From Klebsiella phage VB_KpM-AEV23: a stretch of DNA of 55,637 nucleotides. The stretch lies in sequence record OR810919.1; one strand, given 5' to 3'. The position numbers and the translations under genes were made by a program. A model generated the notes under the pieces. That model made no database searches, had not been told where the DNA came from, and saw only the letters and a program-made list of their open reading frames with translations. Below, piece after piece: positions 1 to 10,020 of this stretch; position 1 is the first letter of the stretch, and every line of letters begins with the position of its first letter.

Positions 1-110
1 TTTCCGCCGGCGTAAGTTTTTTCTTATCCGGTCTGATATTCATAAAGATATACTACCGTATCATACATATAGACACTTTTAAGTGCTTGTTTTCTTTACT
101 TCTAATATAA

Positions 111-140
111 TTAATAATATATAATAATAATAATAATAAT
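111..140. repeat. (AAT)n microsatellite, about 8 units, in the AT-rich left-end region
   Basis: Direct read: ataataataataataataat. Confidence 0.9.
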
Positions 141-329
141 AAATAAATATATACCCCCATTAATCCGGTCCTTGTATCCCCCTTTAATTACCCCCTTATC
201 TTTATAAAGGGCTCCATATATTTACTAATTCATGAGAATTGGAAAGAGTTTATAAAACAAGTACTTATAAGCATATAATACCTAAAATCCGGTTCATATA
301 CTCTTATAGATAGCCTCCCGTGAAAAAAT

Positions 330-378
330 GAGCTTAAAAAATAAGGGCTTACGTAATTTAATACATAAGCCCTTGATT
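330..378. terminator. Bidirectional intrinsic terminator downstream of the primase/helicase gene
   Basis: Hairpin aagggcttacg...aagccctt flanked by T/A runs on both strands. Confidence 0.5.
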
Positions 379-2913
379 TTACTTCAGTTTCTTCGCTGTG
401 TCATAACCTCGCTCGGTTAAACAGTAAAGATTGCTGGACTTCCCTCTTGTGGGTTTGTATATTTGTACTGCAAGATAGTCCTGGTCAATCATGTCCTGAA
501 GCATGCCGTCAATAACCTTGTTATTAGCAGTCATGTTAAAGTTGTAGTTAGATTTGAACCAACTCAGGGATTGACGAATAGCATATATTGATAAGCCATT
601 CATCTTGAGGTGGTCTTCCCTTAAGCTACGGACCACGCCTTCAGGATATTCCTTAACAATGCCTGCCCAGCCTTTATTGTTGTAATGGGCCAAAAGGTCC
701 CGATACACTTTGAGGAAGCCGTCAACCACTTCAGCGTTAGTTGTAGGTGGTGCGATTACTCTGCTGGCATTGTTAACCCAGGCTGTGATACAACGAAGAA
801 CATATTTGTACGCCCATTCAATATTATCACGAGTCATTACAGGGCTGTCCCAGTTATCAAGCAAGCCAATCAGTGCGGCTATATTGAAGACATATTCTCC
901 CATACGACCCACAAAGGCTGATGCAACTTCGTTATCACGATAATAGCGACGCATGTCATTAATCTTGCATTGGTACTCATACAAGATGTCATCATCGTCA
1001 GACTCATCATAAATGGCGATTGGTTCGTGTCTCAGCCGTCCGTTTGGTGGAATAGCATTGACATAAGCAATTGCCTCAAGCTGTTCAATCATATCCTTGC
1101 TGAACTGTACTCGGCGAACTTCTTTACGGCGTCCTACCTTCTCAGGTGCGGCGAACTCTGCACGCTCGTAGTTCGGAATGAACAGGAAGCGAGGTAAGAA
1201 GCCAGACGAGAAGTCTTGCTTACGGGTGTTATCAAGGATGAGCTCTTGAGTTGAGTCACCAAAGATAGAGTAACAAGGTTCGTGAACTGCTTTAACATCG
1301 TTGTCAGCATTGGCACGTTTAATGCCTGTTAAGATACCGCCAACCTTACGCTTGGTTGAAGCATCCATTAAAGCCTTTTGGAAGTTGTCTGGGTTGTTAG
1401 GATTCATGCGTAAACCAGAACCTAATGCCAGGCCAAATTCAGGGTAGAACAGTTGTACCGAGTGGAATGACGGGTTAGCCATCATCTCGGCAAATGTCCT
1501 GGTTGCAAACGTCTGCTCACGGGGTATGCGTAACAGACTCAGCGGTGAACCTTCTGGAAGGCCGGCTTGAATCTGCGGGAACATCTCAGTATAGAGCGAC
1601 TTACCGATAGATGAGCCACCCACAAGGATGATGTTAGTCACCAGGAAGTTTGCATGACCTTCAACAGGGCAAACGTACTTGCGTCCTGCACAGTTACTCA
1701 GGATATTGAGTGCAGTGCCGATAGCATAGTCGTTCACTCGTTTGCTTGGTGCAATATTACTTTGCACTTCGGCGATAAGAGCTTTGAAACCTGTCGGAGC
1801 TGTACGCACAAACTCATCTGACGGAAGTATATCATCGTCAACCTTGAAGTCCACGTTGTCGGCGAGTTTGATGTCCGACTTCTTCATCAGCTCTTTGTTA
1901 ATGTCCAGAGCAAATGCAGTCTTGACAAACAACCCGTCACGTTGCATCTCTTTGAGTACAGTCTTACCTACACGGCTAAACCATTGCAGATATTGTGTCT
2001 CACTCAAATTGATACGGCTTGCACGTCGTCCTGAGTACTGAGCTGCAGCACTGGACATAAAGATGCGCTGTGTGACTTCGTAATTACGGGTAACACGAAG
2101 TAAGTCTTTCAGTATACGGCTAAGACGTTCGGAACCATCATTACTTACACCGACACCATCAGGTGCATGCTCATTCATTGGGTGTTCTAATGCCCAACGA
2201 GTATTCTCGGCTAACTGAGCGTACAGCTCTTTGTCATGCTCTTCACCCAAGTCAGGGTCTTGCTCAAACTGGACGTCAATATCAGGAGCTGAAGCATCAC
2301 GAAAGAATCGCTCAATAGCTTCGTGCCATTGCTTGGCTGATACAGGGTTGGCATTGAATTCACTCAACACGTTACCTGTCATTACCAGGAACATCTCAGC
2401 CTTCTGGATTTTGATGTCCAGCAGGTCGTCTTTCTCTTTGGACGTTGCTGCAGTCCATGGTAATGGTATAGCGATGTGTTGACCTTTACCCGAGATAGAT
2501 GTCTCAGCATAAGCACCGCGAGTCCCTTCAATTATGGCTTTGTGGGTTGCCTCAATATCTGGGTTGTCTTCATGGTTGTCCAGGTCAACAAAGTACCATT
2601 GGCGAGGAACAATCAATGCTGGTACAAAGGTTATGTTACCTTGTACAGCTTTAATCTTCATCTCACGGTTGCGAATGCATCGATTCAATGCTTCGTCGAA
2701 TGTCATCCACTCTTCAGGTACAGTGGTGCTAAAGGAACGCCCGGACGGGGCCCTTGCCGGTTTCTTAGGTTTTGATTGTACTTCGAGCTTATCGTCTTCG
2801 TACGTTAATTCGAAGATACCCCAGCGCTTCATATCTTTGAAGACTTGAGGGATGCCTTCTGGTTTGAAGAACTTCAGCCCTAAAATATCACTCGGCTGAC
2901 TCGTCATTGTCAT
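379..2913 (-). CDS. DNA primase/helicase (D5/P4-alpha-like primase-polymerase with C-terminal P-loop helicase)
   Basis: 844-aa ORF. Walker A ILVGGSSIGKS in the C-terminal half, primase-like N-terminal half. Position matches a replication module. Confidence 0.65.
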   Translation of the reverse strand: MTMTSQPSDILGLKFFKPEGIPQVFKDMKRWGIFELTYEDDKLEVQSKPKKPARAPSGRSFSTTVPEEWMTFDEALNRCIRNREMKIKAVQGNITFVPALIVPRQWYFVDLDNHEDNPDIEATHKAIIEGTRGAYAETSISGKGQHIAIPLPWTAATSKEKDDLLDIKIQKAEMFLVMTGNVLSEFNANPVSAKQWHEAIERFFRDASAPDIDVQFEQDPDLGEEHDKELYAQLAENTRWALEHPMNEHAPDGVGVSNDGSERLSRILKDLLRVTRNYEVTQRIFMSSAAAQYSGRRASRINLSETQYLQWFSRVGKTVLKEMQRDGLFVKTAFALDINKELMKKSDIKLADNVDFKVDDDILPSDEFVRTAPTGFKALIAEVQSNIAPSKRVNDYAIGTALNILSNCAGRKYVCPVEGHANFLVTNIILVGGSSIGKSLYTEMFPQIQAGLPEGSPLSLLRIPREQTFATRTFAEMMANPSFHSVQLFYPEFGLALGSGLRMNPNNPDNFQKALMDASTKRKVGGILTGIKRANADNDVKAVHEPCYSIFGDSTQELILDNTRKQDFSSGFLPRFLFIPNYERAEFAAPEKVGRRKEVRRVQFSKDMIEQLEAIAYVNAIPPNGRLRHEPIAIYDESDDDDILYEYQCKINDMRRYYRDNEVASAFVGRMGEYVFNIAALIGLLDNWDSPVMTRDNIEWAYKYVLRCITAWVNNASRVIAPPTTNAEVVDGFLKVYRDLLAHYNNKGWAGIVKEYPEGVVRSLREDHLKMNGLSIYAIRQSLSWFKSNYNFNMTANNKVIDGMLQDMIDQDYLAVQIYKPTRGKSSNLYCLTERGYDTAKKLK

Positions 2914-3220
2914 TGCTGGTTACCTTGAGGGTTGGCTTATAATAGAAAGATGATTCAGTGTGTTGACGAATAGTCAAGTAGCCTTCCTCGACAAGCAAAT
3001 CAAGTGCATCCTTAATCTTTGCACGTGCTGCTTCGGGGTCTTTGTAATACTCTGCTGCAGGAACCAGGGTCAATGGTGACTTGGTGAAGTATCGCATTGG
3101 CAGTTCTTTATTAAATAGACCGACTTTCGTGATACCTCGTTGCTTGCAAGTATACTCATTTCCTTCGGCAAGCAGTTTAACACCGTTACGAATGTGCCGT
3201 AACAGCTTTGGCTTAATCAT
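2888..3220 (-). CDS. hypothetical protein (110 aa)
   Basis: ORF located downstream of the divergent promoter region. Confidence 0.4.
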   Translation of the reverse strand: MIKPKLLRHIRNGVKLLAEGNEYTCKQRGITKVGLFNKELPMRYFTKSPLTLVPAAEYYKDPEAARAKIKDALDLLVEEGYLTIRQHTESSFYYKPTLKVTSNDNDESAE

Positions 3221-3244
3221 TGTGACTCTCCTCTTTTAGCGGAC

Positions 3245-3340
3245 CTCCATTATATAACCAAAAAGACATCAGTGTACATAGACTTTTAAGTATTTTATAC
3301 TAAATTATCTATGTACATGTCCCTCCTTTATATGCATAAT
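3245..3340. promoter_or_regulatory. Divergent sigma70-like promoter cluster
   Basis: Palindromic TGTACA (3273-3278) could serve as -35 for a plus promoter (N17, TATACT 3296-3301) and a minus promoter (TATATA about 3251-3256). A second plus promoter is TGTACA 3312-3317, N17, CATAAT 3335-3340. Confidence 0.4.
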
Positions 3341-3372
3341 AAATGAAGATTAACAACGAGGAGACACAATCA

Positions 3373-3798
3373 ATGTACCATTCAATCGTGATTCGTCGCA
3401 CCAAAAAGGAAGACGACGAGTTTGTAACCCGTATGACTTTTCGTTCGTCCGATATTAAGGACATTACAATTGAAAAAGATGCGGCAGGTATTCCTATTCG
3501 TGGTTGGTTAACAACTGACTCAGTAACGGAAGGTGATAATACTGCTGTGTCTTTTAACCGTGAGCACTACAGTGCTGAGCTGGACCAGTTAGTTGCATTG
3601 GCAGAAGTGTTACATAACACACCAACTTACTTCACCGACACTGCAGGCAATATCTTCCCGTACAGTAATATTATGTATGTCAATCGCCAGACCTACACAT
3701 TGCACCTGGTTAACGGTGTATCTATTAAACTGCATCCCACAGAAGAGTGGCCGCACTTTTATGACGAGTATCGTAACTGGATGGACATTTACAAATGA
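3373..3798 (+). CDS. hypothetical early protein (start revised from the 3343 ORF)
   Basis: Strong RBS gaggag 7 nt before ATG 3373. The 3343 ATG sits inside or after the -10 element of the upstream promoter. Confidence 0.5.
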   Translation: MYHSIVIRRTKKEDDEFVTRMTFRSSDIKDITIEKDAAGIPIRGWLTTDSVTEGDNTAVSFNREHYSAELDQLVALAEVLHNTPTYFTDTAGNIFPYSNIMYVNRQTYTLHLVNGVSIKLHPTEEWPHFYDEYRNWMDIYK

Positions 3799-3888
3799 AA
3801 CTATCTAATCGTGGTTATATGGCTATCGCCTGTGTTATTTACTGTGGTTTGGTCTGTGGTATTACTGCTTACTTTATGGTAAACTAAC

Positions 3889-4113
3889 ATGGGCAAAGCA
3901 ATCGTAATTATATTGTTCATTGCCGGCATAACTGCATGGTTCTTTTGGGACAGGGCAGATATGAAGAAACATAACTGCCAACAGACAATGGAATCACGCC
4001 AGCGTATGACTTGGATTACTACCTACGATGGTAAAGGTAATCCTACTGGCGGTTATCCAATGTTTGTAACTGAGTGGTTGTACACTTGCGACGACCATCC
4101 TCGCTGGAGGTAA
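3889..4113 (+). CDS. small membrane protein (N-terminal TM helix)
   Basis: N-terminus MGKAIVIILFIAGITAWFFW is hydrophobic. Confidence 0.4.
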   Translation: MGKAIVIILFIAGITAWFFWDRADMKKHNCQQTMESRQRMTWITTYDGKGNPTGGYPMFVTEWLYTCDDHPRWR

Positions 4114-4114
4114 T

Positions 4115-4483
4115 ATGCGTAAACCTAATTTTGGTATTCGTGCACGTGTTGAAGGTGGTGTTGTAGAACTTTGGATTGGTACACCTGACGAAGCAGAATC
4201 TGAATGTATTGCACACTTTCACACCGACTATTTGCCTGGCGTGCTTGAGCAATTGAACAACCTGCATAAAGTACCCACAAAAGCTGAACGTGGTTTGACT
4301 CGTCCTGTATCAAGACCGTCTCATTCTTGTATGCAAGCGGCACGTAAGCTGATGGGTGTCGGCGAGTTTAATACACCAGGTAACTACCTGGTTGGTGACG
4401 GTTATTTTGCTAATGACTGTCGTAAGAAGTTCGGTGAAAAGAACTTTGAACGTGCTTGTGAACTGGTAAGGAATGAACGATGA
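4115..4483 (+). CDS. hypothetical protein
   Basis: ORF abuts the previous stop (TAATATG). Confidence 0.4.
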   Translation: MRKPNFGIRARVEGGVVELWIGTPDEAESECIAHFHTDYLPGVLEQLNNLHKVPTKAERGLTRPVSRPSHSCMQAARKLMGVGEFNTPGNYLVGDGYFANDCRKKFGEKNFERACELVRNER

Positions 4484-4821
4484 AAACTAAGAATTATATC
4501 AAGCGCGTTGAGAATTTGAATGAGCTTGCTAAAGGCGACCGTGTGCTTATCGCTGACCCTACCAGCAAGCCAATTATCGGTTATGTTGAATCTATCAGCG
4601 ACATGACTGATGGTAGTATCTGTGTTTACGTTGATATTCGTTGGCGTAAACGTCGTAAGCTGGTTGAGAAGTGGTATGATGACCAGTCAGGAATACTTGC
4701 AGGTGACAAGTTCAAACTTGTATTTCACTTCACTGAGCTGTATGCAACAGACCTCAGTATGAAGAATGCACTTGCTCGTATTAACTTTAAACCGTATTAC
4801 TTCAGGGAGTTACCATTTTGA
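4480..4821 (+). CDS. hypothetical protein
   Basis: ATGA overlap with the upstream gene. Confidence 0.45.
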   Translation: MKTKNYIKRVENLNELAKGDRVLIADPTSKPIIGYVESISDMTDGSICVYVDIRWRKRRKLVEKWYDDQSGILAGDKFKLVFHFTELYATDLSMKNALARINFKPYYFRELPF

Positions 4822-5228
4822 ATTTTGCATTCATGCACCAAGCCAAGCCCGAAGGTAGTGACGAATGGGGCGGCACAATCGACATCATCATGCTTGAAGA
4901 TGTTCGCAGGATTGAGTTCCTCGTTAAGGGGATTGGCAAGCAGAAAAATAATGTTTTACGTGTGCATACCACTAATGGTATAATAGAGCTCAAGCGAAGC
5001 AAAGCGATAGCTCTGTTCCGGGAAGCATACAATAACTATCTGGCTGTGCTGTTGCCAGTTCAATCTACTCCTGACGAGGAAACAAGTAATGACCAAACTA
5101 ACACCGGAAGCAATGGAACAGCTGACAACGGAACAGCTGCTGGACAACCTGTCCAACCTGAACAAGTGGATGGCGAAGGCGAAGGAAGACCAGGAACTTC
5201 TGCGCCGGACAATCAAGTCTCGTCTTGA
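4818..5228 (+). CDS. hypothetical protein; its 3' 140 nt overlap the next ORF
   Basis: ORF only. The C-terminal tail is low complexity. Confidence 0.3.
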   Translation: MNFAFMHQAKPEGSDEWGGTIDIIMLEDVRRIEFLVKGIGKQKNNVLRVHTTNGIIELKRSKAIALFREAYNNYLAVLLPVQSTPDEETSNDQTNTGSNGTADNGTAAGQPVQPEQVDGEGEGRPGTSAPDNQVSS

Positions 5229-5541
5229 ACGTGACATGATTATCAGCAAGGGTAAAGAAGGTACACAGACTACCGACTTCTCCTTGCATGGTGTACCTGG
5301 TAAGCTGAAGGTTGAACAGAAAATCAACCGTAGTCTGGAGCAGAAACTTGTACCAGAAGTCATGAAGAAATTGCCGAAGGTTGTTGCGGCTAAACTGTTC
5401 AAGGCCAAGTATGATATGAGTATTACAGCATATCGTAACCTGACTCCTGAACAGCTTGCGATTGTTGACCCAATAGTTAAAGTGTCACCAGGTATTCCGA
5501 CTGTAACATTCACTGCGGCTGAAACGGACGACGCCGAGTAA
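5089..5541 (+). CDS. hypothetical protein
   Basis: 150-aa ORF. Followed by the hairpin aacacaagcccctt. Confidence 0.45.
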   Translation: MTKLTPEAMEQLTTEQLLDNLSNLNKWMAKAKEDQELLRRTIKSRLERDMIISKGKEGTQTTDFSLHGVPGKLKVEQKINRSLEQKLVPEVMKKLPKVVAAKLFKAKYDMSITAYRNLTPEQLAIVDPIVKVSPGIPTVTFTAAETDDAE

Positions 5542-5574
5542 TTAACAAGGGGCTTAACACAAGCCCCTTCTTTA

Positions 5575-5919
5575 TTGGAGACTAACATGGTAATGGATAA
5601 TAAGACTGGTCAGCGTTATACGCTGGAAGATAAGTACAACCATCATTTGGGCATACTCAAATCAATTATGCGCTCAATAGGTATGGATGAGAAAGAACCT
5701 CTTTGTAATGTCTTACCTCGTGTGCGTCATATGTATCAGGATAACGTCAAGCTTCGTCATGCGATTGACCAGGCTATGTTGTATGGTACATCGTTCATAC
5801 AATGTAAAGCATTCACTGAACCAGGTAAAGAGCTGGTTGGTATCTCAATTGAAGTGATTGACAAAGAGCGTATTATTATACAGGTGATACCAGATGAAAC
5901 TAGCAAGTCTGATTCTTGA
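5575..5919 (+). CDS. hypothetical protein
   Basis: ORF with RBS ggagac. Confidence 0.45.
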   Translation: METNMVMDNKTGQRYTLEDKYNHHLGILKSIMRSIGMDEKEPLCNVLPRVRHMYQDNVKLRHAIDQAMLYGTSFIQCKAFTEPGKELVGISIEVIDKERIIIQVIPDETSKSDS

Positions 5920-5987
5920 TGCTATCGTAGTTGGTTGCCTGGTTTACGGGTGTTATCTTGCCACACAAATAGTGGAGTACATTACAC

Positions 5988-6284
5988 ATGGCTAAGTTAG
6001 ATGATTTAGCGAAGCTGGCACACATTGCCGGCGTCACTGTCAAAGAGTCCGCTGCATACAAACTGGAAGGCAAACCTTGTCTTCTTTGTGGGTCTGGGTT
6101 TCATCTTATATACGACCCGTACAAGAACAAAGAACAAGCCTTTGACTTAATGCTGAAGGCTGGTATTGAACTGCGCATCGAGGATGAGCTGGTCGTTGCT
6201 AATGGTCAGCAGTTTATGTTTGCAGACTACGAGCAACCTCATCATTGTTTGTGTGATGCTATTTGCACTTCTTTATTAAAATAA
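5988..6284 (+). CDS. hypothetical protein
   Basis: ORF. Confidence 0.45.
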   Translation: MAKLDDLAKLAHIAGVTVKESAAYKLEGKPCLLCGSGFHLIYDPYKNKEQAFDLMLKAGIELRIEDELVVANGQQFMFADYEQPHHCLCDAICTSLLK

Positions 6285-6287
6285 AGG

Positions 6288-6316
6288 TATACATCACCAC
6301 TAACTAGTGATATAAT
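6288..6316 (+). promoter_or_regulatory. sigma70-like promoter TATACA-N17-TATAAT
   Basis: Direct read. Sits upstream of gene 6351. Confidence 0.45.
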
Positions 6317-6350
6317 CTTTTTAACGGTTAAGCAATAAGGAAACACAATC

Positions 6351-7664
6351 ATGTTCAATCTGTCCCGTATTCGTCGTGCGCTGTTTGGTCCTACAGCTTT
6401 TGAACGTAAGTATGAAGCAGCAATCGCTCGTCTGGAACAGATTGCCATGGATGCTTCAACTATCGGTAAGAGCGTCAACTACCAGGGTAAGGCACCGGCT
6501 CACTTCAGCGCGGGAAAACCTATCCTTGACTTAAGTGAACACCCATTTAACGCTTCTTTTTGGTGGAGTTCATTTGAGATGGCTGATTTCTTTTCCCGCC
6601 CACAACCTGAGGTGACTCACGTGGAATTATCACACTTTATCGGTAAGGGTGTTTGCGTTAAGCTGGCTCTTACCACAGACGGACCAATTAAACCTGGTCA
6701 ATATACAGCTCGTATCAAAAGCGTTCATCATACAAAGGAAACAAAACCAATGGCTAAAGTATTCGATAAAAACGGTAAAGCTCACGATGCAGTTAACTTT
6801 GTTATCTGTGTTGACGAAGGTAACACTCGCCTGCTGACCCAGGGTAAAGTGTATGCCAACCTTGGCGCCACCGATAATGCGTACGAGAACATCTGGATTA
6901 TCGACGACCGCGGGCTGAAGCAGAACTTTAGCGTCAACCGTTTCCAGCAGTTCAAATCCGAAAAACAAAACTGGGGTATTGCATGCAAGCAGTACGCCAA
7001 CCTGAACATCGGTAAACTGTATAATATTGAAAAGAATCGTCCTGGTGTTCGTTCGCTGGACGGTACTAGCCAGATTGCTTGTATCGATGAGACTGGTAAC
7101 TGGCTGACCTACAACGAAAATGTGTTCAGCGCGATTAAGCCAACTTTCTCTGAGCAGTACCTGACATCTAAAATGATGTCTGCACAACAGCTGGCTAATC
7201 ACACTCACTCTGAGCCTGTGGTAGTTAACCTGGCACAAGATGTTGCTGACGACAAACTGAAGTATGTCGGTGTTAAGTTTGAACCTAACGGTCGTGTGTA
7301 CACCTACAAGTACATCGGCAAAGTTAAGGTCGGTGACAAAGCCGTTGTAGATGTTCGCAACAGCAACTATCCTGAGCTGGCAGGTACTAAGCTGGTTGAT
7401 GTTGTGTCTGTGTCAGAAGTTAATGCTTCAGGCTTTAACAGCGCAACACTGAAGTGGATTGTATCTGTACCTGACTTTGAGAAGTATGAACGTCGCCAGC
7501 AGGCTGAGCAGTTACTTCGTGAAGCAACTGCACGTCTTGACCTGGAAGTACAGGCTGAGATGGACCGTCGTAAGCAGTCTGTTGTAATGGAACTGGCTCA
7601 GACCAATCCTGAGATTGCTTCTCTGCTCCAGGGTATCGCTGCACTGAAAGACCAGCTGCAATAA
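6351..7664 (+). CDS. hypothetical 437-aa early protein with a coiled-coil C-terminus
   Basis: Long ORF with RBS aaggaaac. No motif recognised. Confidence 0.55.
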   Translation: MFNLSRIRRALFGPTAFERKYEAAIARLEQIAMDASTIGKSVNYQGKAPAHFSAGKPILDLSEHPFNASFWWSSFEMADFFSRPQPEVTHVELSHFIGKGVCVKLALTTDGPIKPGQYTARIKSVHHTKETKPMAKVFDKNGKAHDAVNFVICVDEGNTRLLTQGKVYANLGATDNAYENIWIIDDRGLKQNFSVNRFQQFKSEKQNWGIACKQYANLNIGKLYNIEKNRPGVRSLDGTSQIACIDETGNWLTYNENVFSAIKPTFSEQYLTSKMMSAQQLANHTHSEPVVVNLAQDVADDKLKYVGVKFEPNGRVYTYKYIGKVKVGDKAVVDVRNSNYPELAGTKLVDVVSVSEVNASGFNSATLKWIVSVPDFEKYERRQQAEQLLREATARLDLEVQAEMDRRKQSVVMELAQTNPEIASLLQGIAALKDQLQ

Positions 7665-7710
7665 TTAATACGGCGGGAGCAATCCCGCCTCTTCCTCCAA
7701 GGAGAGTACG

Positions 7711-8136
7711 ATGGAACTGTTCAAAACTAAACACGTAGTATATACTGCACCAACAACCGATGAACCTAACATGGTTTATGCGGTTGACGTCGTTAACGTC
7801 AACGAGTTCTTCTCTTGCCGTTTCTATATCAATACCAAAGCAAGGGCAGACCTCAAGACTGACTTGACTCAGCGTGTGCTGTATGGTATTGTCAACAGCG
7901 TTGAGTTCCATAACTTTTGGAAGAGCAAAGGTATTGAGCTTCCGAAACCTCTTGACATTATGCTTGTCAGCAAGGCAGTCAAAGAAGTGTACAGGTTCAA
8001 TGTGTACATGCCGAATATGGAATTGCCTTTGTGGGTAGAAGCATACAACGAGACTCACGCTGGAATTCTGCTTGATGGTCTAGTCACAAGACTTGGTCAC
8101 CATCCGATGTCGTGTAACGCAACTCGTGTGAAATAG
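7711..8136 (+). CDS. hypothetical protein
   Basis: ORF with RBS aggagag. Confidence 0.5.
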   Translation: MELFKTKHVVYTAPTTDEPNMVYAVDVVNVNEFFSCRFYINTKARADLKTDLTQRVLYGIVNSVEFHNFWKSKGIELPKPLDIMLVSKAVKEVYRFNVYMPNMELPLWVEAYNETHAGILLDGLVTRLGHHPMSCNATRVK

Positions 8137-8139
8137 TAG

Positions 8140-8169
8140 TGTACATACCCCATGTAAGTGGGGTATAAT
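8140..8169 (+). promoter_or_regulatory. sigma70-like promoter TGTACA-N18-TATAAT
   Basis: Direct read. Confidence 0.45.
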
Positions 8170-8195
8170 ACTCCTATACACATGAGGAGCGAGCC

Positions 8196-8426
8196 ATGTT
8201 AACACTCAACCAATTCAAAGCCACCCGTAAACTGAAAGCAGGTGAAGCCTGTGACTATTGGACTTACGGTATTCGTCATGACTGGGTAGTTGAAGAACGT
8301 TACCCACAAGACGGAGTGTCCGAGTTCTACGTTTGCGGTGAACAATTCGAGAGTCTGGACGATGCCGTCGAGGCACTTTATTTGATGTACGCTGACACTG
8401 AAACGTTATACGAGGACTATCATTAA
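8196..8426 (+). CDS. hypothetical protein
   Basis: RBS gaggag. Confidence 0.45.
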   Translation: MLTLNQFKATRKLKAGEACDYWTYGIRHDWVVEERYPQDGVSEFYVCGEQFESLDDAVEALYLMYADTETLYEDYH

Positions 8427-9316
8427 TGGTACAAATCCGCTCTACCAAATCGGCAGTTGAAAACAAACTGCCAAAGGTTGCGGTGTATGGCCAGTCTGGT
8501 GTAGGTAAGACCAGCCTGGCTAAAACACTGCCTCACGGTGAAGTGCTTATCATCGATGCTGAAGGTGGTTTGATGTCTGTAGCTGATGCAGATATTGACT
8601 CAACTCCCATTGGCAAGTTCCAGGATATTCTGGACTTGTACAAATGGCTGACTGAAAGCAAAGAAGCGAAGAAGTACAAGCACCTTATCTTCGACTCTCT
8701 TTCTGACGTCGCTGAAGTATGTCTTGACTATGAGAAGACTCAGGTCAACGACAAACGTCAGGCGTATGGTAACACTAACGACAAGATGATGTACATCATG
8801 CGTCAGTTCCGTGACCTGCCTTTCAGCGTTGCTTACCTTTGTAAGCTGGAGAAGAATAAAGATGAAGTTACCGGTGCAATGCTTTATTCGCCTCTCATGC
8901 CTGGTCAGCAGTTACCGAAACAACTTCCTTATCTTATGGATGCTGTACTTGCTTTACGCATGACTGCACCAGATAAAGATGGTAACTGTGAACGTTACCT
9001 GCAGACACAACCTGACTTCCAATGGGAAGCTAAGTGCCGTAATGCACCAGGCCGTGAGCTGGAAGCACGTGAGCCTGCTAACCTTGGTTGGATTTACGAC
9101 AAGCTGCAGGGGTATCATCCTTATCAGCTTTGGTACTACCATGCTGAGTCTGATAGCTACGTGCTTATGACTGGGCGTGAAGCAGAACAAGCGAATAACA
9201 CTGACCCAGGCGGTGTTACCAAAATCGGTTCAGATGAATCGAAAGAAAAGCATATGGCTTGGATTGCCAAGAAGGCGGCTGAACAGGCTAAAGCCGAAGA
9301 AGAATCCGGCGAATAA
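8426..9316 (+). CDS. RecA-like AAA ATPase, Sak4-type single-strand annealing/recombination protein
   Basis: Walker A VYGQSGVGKTS near the N-terminus and Walker B LIIDAEGG. Lies in the recombination module. Confidence 0.55.
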   Translation: MVQIRSTKSAVENKLPKVAVYGQSGVGKTSLAKTLPHGEVLIIDAEGGLMSVADADIDSTPIGKFQDILDLYKWLTESKEAKKYKHLIFDSLSDVAEVCLDYEKTQVNDKRQAYGNTNDKMMYIMRQFRDLPFSVAYLCKLEKNKDEVTGAMLYSPLMPGQQLPKQLPYLMDAVLALRMTAPDKDGNCERYLQTQPDFQWEAKCRNAPGRELEAREPANLGWIYDKLQGYHPYQLWYYHAESDSYVLMTGREAEQANNTDPGGVTKIGSDESKEKHMAWIAKKAAEQAKAEEESGE

Positions 9317-9420
9317 AAACGTTTACGCCGCGATAAAAAGTGGCGTATAATGTGTTCCACGGCCGAACGCTGCCGGTAAAGCGTTAAACCAAAACTTAAA
9401 CTATTGAAAAGGTAAAACCC

Positions 9421-9960
9421 ATGGCTGAATTACAGTTTAACTCTGCAGAAGTCGAACCACAAGCATCGTTTGACCCAATTCCTAAGAACTGGTATCAACT
9501 GATGATTGAAGAAGTCGAGCTTAAGCCGACTGCTGCAGGAACTGGTTCATACCTGTCCCTTCGTTTGCGTGTTAATGAAGGTGAGTTCGCTAACCGTGTC
9601 GTGTTTGACATGATTACCTACTCCAACCCGAATCAACAGGCTGTTGATATTGGCCACCGCAAACTGTCTCAGCTGTGCCGTGCAGTTGGTATCGTTGAAC
9701 TTACCAGTACTGACCTGCTGGAAAACCGCATCGTAATGGGTAAGGTCGGTATTAAGATTGATAAGACCGGTCAGTACGACGACCGCAACGATATTAAAGA
9801 ATACAAAAATGCGTCTGAAGCAACTACTGCTGTTGGTTCAACGCAAGGTGCATCTCAAGCGACCTCGCAGAAACAAACAGCGACTGCGGGTGCGGGTGCA
9901 GGTGCCGCTGCTGGTGCGACGTCTGGTAAGACCGACGAACCGGCTCCTTGGGAAGAGTAA
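9421..9960 (+). CDS. putative single-stranded DNA-binding protein with Gly/Ala-rich linker and acidic C-terminal tail
   Basis: Sits next to the Sak4-like gene. C-terminus is GAGAGAAAGATSGKTDEPAPWEE. Confidence 0.4.
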   Translation: MAELQFNSAEVEPQASFDPIPKNWYQLMIEEVELKPTAAGTGSYLSLRLRVNEGEFANRVVFDMITYSNPNQQAVDIGHRKLSQLCRAVGIVELTSTDLLENRIVMGKVGIKIDKTGQYDDRNDIKEYKNASEATTAVGSTQGASQATSQKQTATAGAGAGAAAGATSGKTDEPAPWEE

Positions 9961-9980
9961 TCTAACCCAGGTATAATCAA

Positions 9981-10010
9981 ACAGGAGCTTCGGCTCCTGT
10001 TTTTGTATGC
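9981..10010 (+). terminator. intrinsic terminator
   Basis: Hairpin acaggagcttcggctcctgt followed by ttttt. Confidence 0.55.
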
Positions 10011-10020
10011 GGAGGATACT

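Noticed and set aside
7435-8058. 207-aa minus-strand ORF
   Set aside because: Antisense to two plus-strand early genes. No RBS.
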